Shown here: one piece after another, positions 1-9,674 of the stretch
How the letters are laid out: each line of letters starts with the position of its first letter
How positions within the stretch are numbered: position 1 is the stretch's first letter
Source of the DNA: Seison nebaliae
Taxonomy: Eukaryota
Assembly: GCA_023231475.1 (NCBI GenBank)
Contig: JALJEE010000987.1
Location: 49,368-69,367, forward strand
Direction of reading: 5' to 3'
Length of the DNA: 20,000 bases
Position numbers and translations under genes: made by a program
Notes under the pieces: generated by a model
What the model was told of the DNA's origin: nothing
Databases searched by the model: none
Seen by the model: only the letters and a program-made list of their open reading frames with translations

Positions 1-564
1 ACCAACAATATCCAGATCTGGTGGATCGACCAAAACAATGACTTCAATAACTCTTAATCTTTCCCGCCAAAATGGACTGGGACTTTCATAACGACCTGCA
101 TTTTCTGATCGGACTTCTTTAAAAAACTCGATCCACACTTGGTTTGTTTCGGACGTTCTCCAAATACTAGAAACGGTGTGAGACGAAATTCCATTTGCTG
201 TCCAATACATCAATTCACTTGTATTAGATAGAGACATACTAGTAAGAAAAATACGATCGGCAAATATCCATGCGTCTTGCCATGTGTCAAACTTGACTGC
301 TGTTCTATCTCGAAATGTTTTCGATATATCAAATATTAGAGGTTCGCCTTCCTTCACTATAAAAACTGAAATTCCTTTATGTCGCCGTGCATATGATAAA
401 TATGCCTCATAATTATCTTTTACTGTTTCTAAATTTTCTGCTTCATTCGAATAATCAAGATATGATGGTAGAAATGATTCGAATGCATCCAGTTTCGAAA
501 TTTTTTCATTTTCACTAATTTTGAGGAAAATAAGAAAGATCAAAACTATTTTTAATATACACAT
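1..564 (-). CDS. Secreted or cell-surface protein with signal peptide and Ig-like domain; 3'-partial (runs off the window)
   Basis: Absent from the ORF track because there is no stop in the window. ATG at 564 opens 188 uninterrupted codons: MCILKIVLIFLIFLKISENEK (signal-peptide-like)...VFIVKEGEPLIFDIS...WIEFFKEVRSENAGRYES...VIEVIVLVDPPDLDIVG. This resembles the Ig A'/B, E-F and G strand patterns. Confidence 0.75.
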   Translation of the reverse strand, partial: MCILKIVLIFLIFLKISENEKISKLDAFESFLPSYLDYSNEAENLETVKDNYEAYLSYARRHKGISVFIVKEGEPLIFDISKTFRDRTAVKFDTWQDAWIFADRIFLTSMSLSNTSELMYWTANGISSHTVSSIWRTSETNQVWIEFFKEVRSENAGRYESPSPFWRERLRVIEVIVLVDPPDLDIVG

Positions 565-636
565 TATGCTCGCTATCAATCAGTATCATCCAATTAGAAC
601 TTAACGGTTGGAGCTTACGAATAAATAAATTAAATT

Positions 637-642
637 TTTATT
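637..642 (-). terminator. Putative polyadenylation signal of the F-box/LRR gene
   Basis: AATAAA on the minus strand ~20 nt after the stop codon, followed by a T-rich tract. Confidence 0.55.
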
Positions 643-663
643 GAAAGTGAAAGTTAAATGAGT

Positions 664-2422
664 TTAGTTGAATAATAAATCATTAAAACGTTCCAATAAC
701 ATAGCCATTGATGTTCGATAAGTTGTTAACGTTCTGACAATTCGGAAACGATTGGCTCGTTCAAAATTCGATTTTACTAATTCATAATATTCTCCATCAC
801 AAATGGTAAAAGATCTTAGACGGCTACATCTCAATCTTAAGTGGTCGATAAATTTTGAAGATTTGTTGTTGAATCGTAAAGTTTCCGTATCCCATTGAAC
901 CTCAAACCGCCTTAACGATGGACAACTTAAGGCGACTGCTTCGATAATTTGATCGATATGAACTCTAGCGGATATTTGACGATAATTTCCATAAGCAGTT
1001 CCCACGATCAGAACTCTTAAATTTAAATTTTGTTCAAACTAGTGGAAATGCAAAAATGTTAACTCTACATTTTTTAAATAGCAGATTGTGCTATTCCAAA
1101 ATTGTTCCGTCAATTTTGGATTACCTGCATAACAGAAACCCTTCAATTGTTTCCCATGAATACTGATAAATCGTTTAATTGCATCGCCGCTTGTATGAAT
1201 AGTATGACTGAGATTGAGCGCTTTCAACATTTTAGAACGTTCTCCTAATAATGACAAAACCTGTTAAGAAGTGGTTAATGTTGATAATAATAATTTATTT
1301 AATTGAAAACTTTGTCTGTAAATCCATCACAATAGGCGACGTTCAAATAAGTAAATCCGTGAGGCAATTTCCGCACTATATTTTCTATGCAAGATTCAGA
1401 TAATTCGGTTGAACAGATATCTAATTCTCTAATATTATTTGCATTCTCCCAATCGATTGAATTAAATGCATTGTCTTCAATTCCTGTAAAGAAAAACATT
1501 AAAAGTAATATCATAAAATACGGAACCAGTATTTCTTAATAATAAAGTTCTCATTTTTTTACATCTGTTTAATAGTGTTACGAAGGAGTATCCTTTCAGT
1601 TTATGGCAATAGTGAACAGCGACAACTTCCAAATGAATGCAACCACTGGCAACAGCTTCGATATGAGCGTCATCGATGAAACCGACACCAAATAAATTCA
1701 ATATTGTTAAATTAGGTGTATGTTGTTTAATTTTAATGATGTTAATTGTTTCATATGGTTCTTCATCATAAATCGAGTAATCTGTCGTTCCAATTAAAGT
1801 CAATATTTCAATTGAAGATAAGGAAGTATATACACAACGCATAAATCCTTCTAAGAATATGACTTCACTCAAACAAATGGTTAGGTTCTTTAAATTGCAT
1901 GGAAATGAATTTAGATCATTGAAATCATGTAATTGCATAGCTGTCGAAAAGTCTAATGTCATATGTTTCAAATATGGACATCGATTGGCTAGAACATGGA
2001 GAACGTTTGCTGTAATCAATTCACATGATAATTCGATATCACTATATTACAATATAATGAATTTCATCAATCAGTTAAAAGAAGAAAAATTTGAAAATTA
2101 ACGTCAAAGTGTGACAAAGTTTTTTACTTAAAACTTTTAGAAACAAATCCACATTTCTTATCGTTAATGTTTGGTCATATAATAATTGTTCCTTCCGAAT
2201 ATCAATATCATCATTATTGTTTTGTGGAATACCACGCAGGTTTAGATATGTCCATAATCTCGTGTCTTGGATCAGATGATGCCATTTCTTACAAACTTTC
2301 ATGCATGTCAAATGTTGAGCATGCGTCAAATAAGAAAAGCAGCGTAATAAGATTTTATCATTCAATTGATTGATATTCAACTGCATTGATTGTGATAGAT
2401 CATTAAATGAAGAAATTGGCAT
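664..2422 (-). CDS. F-box/leucine-rich-repeat (FBXL-type) SCF substrate receptor, ~518 aa, 5 exons
   Basis: Exons 2422-2103, 2041-1527, 1483-1311, 1260-1064 and 1015-664 join in frame through GT-AG introns of 61, 43, 50 and 48 nt. N-terminal F-box INQLNDKILLRCFSYL...CMKVCKKWHHLIQDTRLW is followed by cysteine-containing LRRs (LANRCPYLKHMTL, VASGCIHLEVVAV, ALSCPSLRRFEV). The last intron has an alternative in-frame 30-nt reading (1068-1039). Confidence 0.9.
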
Positions 2423-4103
2423 ATTCCAAAAATTTCCAGAAGATAATTATAAGAATGATAATGATAAAGAAGAAAATGAATATGAAGGATAAAGAGAAAA
2501 TGCACAACGGCTAATAAAGAAGTAAATCAGTTCTTATTCATAGTAGTAACTCCTCTTAAGAATAATGAACGGTCTACATTTCGTTTTTCTTCCAAAGGAA
2601 GAGAAATGAGAAAAATAATGGAAAATATGATTCCGTATTTCGCTTGTCATACGAAATAAGAAATGAACGAAATCATTACACTAAATTATGTCTATTACCA
2701 TTACTGATGAATAACAGGGAGATATGTATCGAACAGGAGATGATCGTTGTTAATGTTACGGCTTCTTTCCATGGATAATAAATGTGGAAACTCTATCCAT
2801 AAACTGTGTACATTTTCTCCTTATACATGTCTATCTATGTTGTCTAACAACAAATAACTTATATTTTCTTACACAATCTTTCATGGACTTCACTTAATTC
2901 TATTGCTGATTTATATGCTTCTAAACCTAATACGAACGTTCCATAATGTTACTTCACATACGAGGAAGGATGCGAATGTTCTACTTTAAATATCTGACAG
3001 CAATCATACCTAACATTAAAATCGGAAGGGACGTTATGTGCAAAGAATATATTTTAAAGATTAAATTTATTTAGAATAAATATTTATCTTCATCTACATA
3101 ATTCCTTAATCACCAGCAATAACGATGTATAACTTTGATTCAACTATTTCATTCTGTATAATAATAAAAATTCTTATTGTTTAATAGACCAGATGATATA
3201 GGAGTTCTTACAAATTCTCACAAAACTATAGAAAAATTCCTTTAAAACATCATTAAATTAACATTAATAAGAAGATAAATGTTTATAGAAATAAAAATTC
3301 AGAAGAATAAGGTTAACTCGTGATTTGGATGATTTTAGCTGATGTTCAGATCTTGCACCAAAAGTCTCACTTGCTATTTCAGGTAACAGACTCAATGTTA
3401 ATTCATCCATAACATGCAACGTTTCACCAATTGAATAAATTATAAAGCTGTGAAAATGGTTTTATTCTCACTCAGAATAAAACAATTTTATGAAAGATAC
3501 AAAGATGATATGAACATTGAACTGATCACAAGAGTAAAAGGATGAACACCCTTTTGGTCAATAGTGATATCTTACTTTGTTTCCGATTAATATCAGAGGA
3601 AAAGAAGTATAATGTGAAGAAGAAAAATAAATAAGTGAAAGAGAAGTAATAATGATTTATAATTGAAGGTTACTACGAATACTGGAGATAAGACTACGGA
3701 AAGTAAATCATTCAAAGTCCGTCGATTCCAAATAATCGATGAATGCAGAAGAAAAAACCTAATATGCTAAACTATAAACTTCGGAATAATTTAATGCTCT
3801 ATATATTTACTGTTAACTTCATCAAATAAGTATATTATATTGGAAAGTTTTATTGAAAGAATCATCATATTGTACATATTGTACCACATTCTCCTAATAA
3901 GATTAAATTAAGTCAATCAATTAGTTTAAACATATATAAGTGAGAATTTTATTTTTCCAACGTTTCATCGAACTGTTATAAAAAATATATAATAATTTTT
4001 ACATATAGTAATAAAAATATAAGTAAAGATATGTTGAGCGCACAAAATTTAGAAAGTTTGTAAAAGATTCTCGGTAGTTTGTTTGTAGATTTGAAGAAGG
4101 AAA

Positions 4104-7100
4104 ATGGAAGAATCAAACGAGTTTATTTATCCCCAGGATAACCTGGGTGATTTTATAACAACTGTCGTTAAAAAGAGAATACGTGATTCAAAGCGTTCGT
4201 CTAAAGGAACTTCTGTTTCATCTCCAAAAAGTAAATCATCACATAACTCTTTGATCGAAAGCGTTGATTATGCTCGTTTTATTTTATTCAATGAGGATGA
4301 TATTAGTCAAATCAATAAATTAGATTCGGAAAGTCCTGTAAAGCAATCCTGTGAAAAAGTTAATGAAAAAAGTATTGGTAATTCCGGTACGTCTTGTGGT
4401 AAGTCATCTGATCGATTATCAGATGGAATATTCGACGAAAGTGATATGGAAAATAAAGATACCGAAATCGAAGAAGAACAACGTGAAGCAGAAAAATTAA
4501 AAGAAGAATTTCTTTTAAAGACCATTAATGGAAACAATTTAGATGAGAGTTCTTCTGAAATTCCTGAATTTTTGAACGATGACTCTTACATTTGTGATTC
4601 AATAGATGAAGCTGTAGATGAACCGTCTAGTTCGGATAATTCTCCAAACCAATACAAATCACTTATTATCGTCAAAGGTGATCCAGAACAATCGGTGATA
4701 AAAATTCCCACATCAGAATTAAGAGAATATCTTAATATAACCCCGAAAGCGTCAAAATCAGATCATTCAAAAATGATTACGATCAGAAGCAGCAAAATGC
4801 AATTAAATGAAGGAACACCTAAGGATGACTTAAGCTGTGACATATTCGATAAACCAGAAGAATGCTTTTCAATGAAAAACAAGGCATGTTATAATGAATT
4901 GAAATTGATTCAAAAAACAAACCAGGAACAAGAATATCCCAAAAGTGCTCCATCAAATTCATCTTTTAAAAATCCACAATATTTCCAAATAAAACCTCCA
5001 AACGTGCATCCTTCAAAATCATCAATAATTAGATCTCTATTAAAAAAATCGGAGAATACTTCTGTTAAGGTGCCAACTTGTGATCCACCAAAATTACTCA
5101 TCACAAATTCGAAAACCATTGAAAACTATTTGTCAACAACATCAGTTAGCAGTTCTTCAACTGACTCATTTATTGACAATGGATCGTCCTCGTCCATGAC
5201 AGATTTTCAAATTAAATCCGAAGAAAAGTATCCGACAACATCGGCAAGTGTCTCACCAACCACAATCGTAACCAGATCTCCAACATCATCTGATACCGGA
5301 TCCATTTCAACATATCCTTCAACTCCGATTGACAAATCACGTTTAAAAATAAATAAGAAATTATCACGACAACACAATAAATCTACTCTTAGGTCAATTC
5401 GAAGATCTTCTTCAAGATCAAAAAGATCTCCAATTAATATTATCCAGGAATCAAATACAATACAATGCAAAGTAAAACCATTAATCGATATATCCAACAG
5501 TACAATCAATCAATCGATAGAGAAAGAAGATTTTAGTATTACCGAAACAACAACTCCACAGAAACAAACTGAAACAATTGCAACTCAAACATTGTTTGTA
5601 TCTAATAGTGTTATATCAAAGCCACCGCTTGTTAGAAGATCTCGTAGTACGCAATATCCAATTCAACCCGCTTATGATTCTATTTCTGATAATGAGCTTT
5701 TATACGAATCTGGAAGATCAATTGTAAAACATCCGAAATGCAAATATGCGACTGAAAATCGAAGAGTGAATCGAGTGCGAAGTATGACACCTCGAATCAA
5801 GAAAATTGCTGTAGAACCGATCATCTCAACAGATAATAGTATCGATTCGATAAGTACTATCCAAAAGAATATTAAAATGATAGATTATGAGCGTCAAATA
5901 CTGAAATTAAAGAATGAAAATGAAGAATATCAGGAACATCTTAGAGAAATGAATCAAATGTTAAAGAAGAAAGATATGACAATTGAAAAGAATGAATCCA
6001 TCATCAAACGTCTTGTTTCAGATATGAGAGATGTTTGTTTAGGTAAGTCGCTTACTTTATCGAAAGTATTGGAAGAAAAAGAAACCGAATCAATAGACTG
6101 TCAAACTAATCATATGATATCAAGTATTAATGAACTGTTATTGAAGAAAGATTACAAAGCGAATGAAAGCGATCATCTGAAGGATAGGGAAAAATTAAAG
6201 AAATATGAAAAACAATTGGAATTGGGATTGATAAGAGAAAAAGAGTTAATAAAAGAAAATGACCGATTAAAATCCGATAGTCGATCCAAAGAAATGGAAC
6301 TGACCAAACGTATTGAACGAACAAAAGAAGAACGTTATTTAACAGAAAACGAAGTTTTTAAAGAAATTGAACAGTTAAGGGAAACGGTTCGTATGAAAGA
6401 TTCTAGTCATATGAAGGACGTAGAATTTTTGAAGACGATGGAACTTCATAAATCAAATGAGAGATTGCAAGAGATGGAGTTAATAAAACAAAGGGCAGAT
6501 ACTAATGAAAGTGAATTAATGAGAAGAATAACAAATTTAGAAGAGAATAAAATATTATTAGAAGAACAATTGGTCGAAGGTGCAACAATAATCGAAACAT
6601 TCAAGCCTAATATACTTAATCCCGCCTTTGAAAAAAATTACAGTACTTGTCTTTTAGTTGCTAAAGAGTTACATAAGATCAGTGTTAGTTCTTTATTAGA
6701 ATTGTGTGAGGTGTTGAAAAATTTCAATATAAATGAAGTAACTCAATTTTATCCGACATTACAATTGTGCTCGGATTTAGTCATACCCATTGATATCGAC
6801 GACACACAAATAAGTAATCATTTTAAAACCTTAAAAGAGACTGCTGGCATGTTAGTAGCATTTGTAGGTAACACCATTTTAGATAAACTGTCAATGATTA
6901 ATGAATTGAATGAACAGTTATTAGATCAACATCGATCAGTCGAACTGATCCATGTTCTTCGAAATCAATTGAATAAATCAAACGGGAAAAATGAAAAGTT
7001 AAAACACTTTGCCGAATCTAGTAAAGAAAAGATGAATATATATAAAAGAACCATATTGAAAACAAGGAAACAAAACGAATTCGAAAAAAAAAGAATTCAA

Positions 7101-7469
7101 AAATTGCGGAATCTAAAGATTAATAATATTACCGAAGTTATTGCGAAAAAATGCTTATCCGTCTATGCAGAATCTCATCGTAATGAAAAATCTAATAAAC
7201 TCAAATTTGATAATATTGTATTGGAAGCAATCAAGCCTCCTGAAAAACCTACAGAACAATTAAAATGGAAAGACAATAATAAGGTGGAGCTTTACTTGAA
7301 TTGCGAAGATATTAGCAATAGTTTAGGAGGGAAATCTATCGGCAGTTTGGCAATCAAAAGAAATCCTAATCAGTTTGGAGAGGATCATTTTAAAAAATTG
7401 GATAGGATTGAGAAGATACCGAAAAAAAATTTAAAATGTAGTTCATCATTGTCGTCAAAAAGGTCTTAA
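4104..7469 (+). CDS. Uncharacterised 1121-aa protein with a disordered Ser/Thr/Lys-rich N-half and a long coiled-coil C-half
   Basis: A 3.37-kb uninterrupted ORF in strongly AT-rich DNA. E/K/L heptad-like runs at about aa 590-830 and 930-1005. AATAAA directly after the stop (7471-7476) and again at 7491-7496. No family recognised. Confidence 0.85.
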   Translation: MEESNEFIYPQDNLGDFITTVVKKRIRDSKRSSKGTSVSSPKSKSSHNSLIESVDYARFILFNEDDISQINKLDSESPVKQSCEKVNEKSIGNSGTSCGKSSDRLSDGIFDESDMENKDTEIEEEQREAEKLKEEFLLKTINGNNLDESSSEIPEFLNDDSYICDSIDEAVDEPSSSDNSPNQYKSLIIVKGDPEQSVIKIPTSELREYLNITPKASKSDHSKMITIRSSKMQLNEGTPKDDLSCDIFDKPEECFSMKNKACYNELKLIQKTNQEQEYPKSAPSNSSFKNPQYFQIKPPNVHPSKSSIIRSLLKKSENTSVKVPTCDPPKLLITNSKTIENYLSTTSVSSSSTDSFIDNGSSSSMTDFQIKSEEKYPTTSASVSPTTIVTRSPTSSDTGSISTYPSTPIDKSRLKINKKLSRQHNKSTLRSIRRSSSRSKRSPINIIQESNTIQCKVKPLIDISNSTINQSIEKEDFSITETTTPQKQTETIATQTLFVSNSVISKPPLVRRSRSTQYPIQPAYDSISDNELLYESGRSIVKHPKCKYATENRRVNRVRSMTPRIKKIAVEPIISTDNSIDSISTIQKNIKMIDYERQILKLKNENEEYQEHLREMNQMLKKKDMTIEKNESIIKRLVSDMRDVCLGKSLTLSKVLEEKETESIDCQTNHMISSINELLLKKDYKANESDHLKDREKLKKYEKQLELGLIREKELIKENDRLKSDSRSKEMELTKRIERTKEERYLTENEVFKEIEQLRETVRMKDSSHMKDVEFLKTMELHKSNERLQEMELIKQRADTNESELMRRITNLEENKILLEEQLVEGATIIETFKPNILNPAFEKNYSTCLLVAKELHKISVSSLLELCEVLKNFNINEVTQFYPTLQLCSDLVIPIDIDDTQISNHFKTLKETAGMLVAFVGNTILDKLSMINELNEQLLDQHRSVELIHVLRNQLNKSNGKNEKLKHFAESSKEKMNIYKRTILKTRKQNEFEKKRIQKLRNLKINNITEVIAKKCLSVYAESHRNEKSNKLKFDNIVLEAIKPPEKPTEQLKWKDNNKVELYLNCEDISNSLGGKSIGSLAIKRNPNQFGEDHFKKLDRIEKIPKKNLKCSSSLSSKRS

Positions 7470-7576
7470 AAATAAATTTAAAACATTTTCAATAAAGGTA
7501 TTTAGACAAGGTATGTTATGAATTTTAATTGTCAACATCAATAAAAGAATTCTTCATTTTCGATAGCTGTTATCTG

Positions 7577-7600
7577 ATTAAAAAGATCGATCTTTTTAAT
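7577..7600. repeat. Perfect 24-bp palindrome
   Basis: ATTAAAAAGATCGATCTTTTTAAT is its own reverse complement and overlaps by one base with the palindrome TGCGATCGCA (7600-7609). Confidence 0.9.
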
Positions 7601-7630
7601 GCGATCGCAAAAAATAGCGATTTCATACGC

Positions 7631-7849
7631 AAATTTCATGTCAATAGCGTCAATATTCTTTATTTTATGGATAAAAGTATAAGAAACATTTTTTAAGTTT
7701 TTCGCTAATTGTTGACTAAAAAGTATTACTTTAGTAGTATTTTAGCATTTTTAGTACTTTTTAGTCAAAAATTAGCGAAAAACTTAAAAAATGTTTCTCA
7801 TAGTTTTATCCATAAAAAGAAGAATATCGACGTTATTGATCTGAAATTT
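7631..7849. mobile_element. Foldback/MITE-like palindromic element
   Basis: Arms 7631-7728 and 7752-7849 are ungapped reverse complements (98 bp, 10 mismatches by hand count) around a 23-nt spacer. Weaker symmetry extends to about 7586 and 7908. No ORF and no clear TSD. Confidence 0.7.
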
Positions 7850-8673
7850 TAAACATAAGTTAAGAAATAATAGACGATCAATTTGCGATGCATTTTATAA
7901 AAATCGATTCCGAATTAGGTACTGTGCTGAGCGTTTAAAGCACAAAAAATGTAAAACAAAATATGGGTGTATGTTACCAATTTTAATAAGAATATGTATT
8001 TCTGGGTTATCCATGGTGCTGAAGAAAGCATAAAATGCTATTTGACGAAAGTTATAAACATTTTTTTAAAAAAAATTTTGTCCGATTACTTTTGAATATA
8101 CCTGTATTTTACAATTCTACTTCGAATCAAAAATTTCATCTCAAATAAAATGGGTTTTCCCCCTTATCATAAGTTGGGTATGTATAGCTCGCGAAAGGAA
8201 ATGTTTGGAATTATTTCATTTATTAAAAGGAGAACGAAGTAAATCATTTCCCTTCGCACTTCGTATTTCTATCACTAAATCATCAATATGTAACACCCAA
8301 ATCTTAGGAAATATTCAACAACCTTAATAAAACATGTACCTGTCGGTTTATGTATAGATATAAAACATCTTGTTCGTTCGTTCTCTCTTATTGCCACACT
8401 TTTTGCGTAACTGTAAATTACTCTTGATGCAACTATAAACTATAATCTTAGATGTTCATCCCCCGATTACATCAATAAACGGTCGCCTGATGTTTAGAAA
8501 ACAACTTGTCCCCAAATTTTACATTTGATTAACGTCCCAATATTTAAAGAATAAACTTGTTCAATTTACTTCGTTTAAACTTCACATAGGATTATTTGAA
8601 AGTTATCTGCAGAAATATATAAAAGAAATAAAACTTTGTATTGTAATACTGGTATAATTTCTTGTTTTTCGAA

Positions 8674-8818
8674 GTACCATAAACCTCCTAGTTCTGCTTA
8701 TCCGTTCAAAGGGCGAAGTTTCCTGTCTACCCGGACTATGTTTTAATTGGTATTGGAGGCGTCCCCTTCTTGGTAGACAGGAAACCAGAATCCGACCTGT
8801 ATGAATAGAAGAAGGTAC
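8674..8818. other. Long hairpin, candidate structured RNA
   Basis: Perfect 14-bp inverted repeat GTTTCCTGTCTACC (8718-8731) / GGTAGACAGGAAAC (8772-8785). Closing pair GTACC (8674-8678) / GGTAC (8814-8818) with partial pairing in between. GC content is higher than the flanks. Confidence 0.4.
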
Positions 8819-8870
8819 AAGTTTTTGTTTCGGTATACATAAATTATATTAATATATTATGCGAAAGAAA

Positions 8871-8892
8871 AATATCGATATCTATCGATATT
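8871..8892. promoter_or_regulatory. Tandem TATCGATA (DRE-like) motifs forming a 10-bp inverted repeat
   Basis: AATATCGATA-tc-TATCGATATT. TATCGATA is the DREF-binding element in Drosophila; function in this organism is only inferred. Confidence 0.3.
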
Positions 8893-8936
8893 ATATTTGC
8901 TGATATAATTTAAGTTTATTCATCGTTCCTCCTCTA

Positions 8937-9104
8937 TTGATCGTCAATTACGACGATTAACACCCTTCTTTGGGTGTTTAACATCACGCAGGCGTAGTTT
9001 TATGATGGTGCTCATAGCCGCATCAGTATGGACATGGGAGTCCCAAAAAGAGCCACATACGCACTTCATACTGCGATGTTATACTTGGAAGTAAGTCTCT
9101 TCCA
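8937..9104. other. Multi-hairpin segment, candidate structured RNA
   Basis: Adjacent helices: 8937-8960 (9 bp), 8959-8978 (7 bp), 8979-8991/9071-9081 (11 bp with a bulge, enclosing two sub-hairpins) and 9086-9104 (6 bp). Confidence 0.35.
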
Positions 9105-9549
9105 TTAAGTCACATCTTACTCTCAAACTTCCGCAATATAATACAATTAATTAATAAGACAAATTAATTATCGCATTATTATACGGAGTTGACAGAACTT
9201 TATACGAACGATACTTATCTTCGGTATGAGTTGTACGAAAGGGAAGATGTTCCGTATTCGTTAAATTGAAATATAATAAAACATTGAAATTAACAAAATG
9301 CACACATTTGAATTAGAATCATATATACTTATCTATAAAAATCAAACTTAAAAATATAATACATATCTATATATACGTATAATAAATAAAATAAATGTTT
9401 TAAAAAGAAAAGAAACAAATATTCATTGAAATAAATTTCGAAATAATCATCTTCCGAATGGTTTTAAATTTTCTTTAAATGGTCCAAAATCTTCTTCATT
9501 AAAATTTTAGAAAAACTTTTTTAATCGCATTTATTTGACAATATCTTAT

Positions 9550-9605
9550 GGGGATGTAACTCAAATGGTAGAGTGCTTGCTCAACAGGGATATCTGGCAT
9601 CTTCA
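9550..9605 (+). pseudogene. tRNA-Ala pseudogene with internal deletions, possibly a SINE head
   Basis: GGGGATGTAACTCAAATGGTAGAGTGCTTGCT...GGGATATCTGGCATCTTCA matches the 5' half and 3' end of eukaryotic tRNA-Ala. Acceptor stem GGGGATG/CATCTTC has G3:U70, an A box is present and the discriminator is A. The 3' anticodon strand, variable loop and part of the T loop (B box) are missing; length is only 56 nt. Confidence 0.8.
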
Positions 9606-9674
9606 GCAAATTCTTGACTGGATCATTCTTCAATTGAATGAACAACATCAACAACATTAACGGCATTTGAATTC

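Noticed and set aside
1859..2373. Plus-strand ORFs 1859-2101 and 2167-2373
   Set aside because: Antisense shadows of F-box/LRR exons.
2426..2434. Sm-site-like AATTTTTGG on the minus strand
   Set aside because: Lies immediately before the F-box ATG with no flanking snRNA stems; expected by chance in AT-rich DNA.
4307..6324. Four minus-strand ORFs of 65-100 aa
   Set aside because: Antisense shadows inside the 1121-aa gene.
8680..8725. HDV-like ribozyme (AAACCTCCTAGT...GGCGAAGTTT)
   Set aside because: P3 cannot close (TCT where GGT is needed) and there is no P1 partner.
8694..8800. SRP helix-8-like CAGGTCG...CGG...AGCAG on the minus strand
   Set aside because: The halves are separated by ~85 nt instead of a GNRA tetraloop, and there is no Alu domain.
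9115..9134. Minus-strand GCGGAAGTTTGAGAGTAAG as RNase P CR-I or as a nematode SL1-like exon end plus donor
   Set aside because: No complementary CR-V/P4 strand downstream for RNase P, and no Sm site after the following hairpin for an SL RNA.
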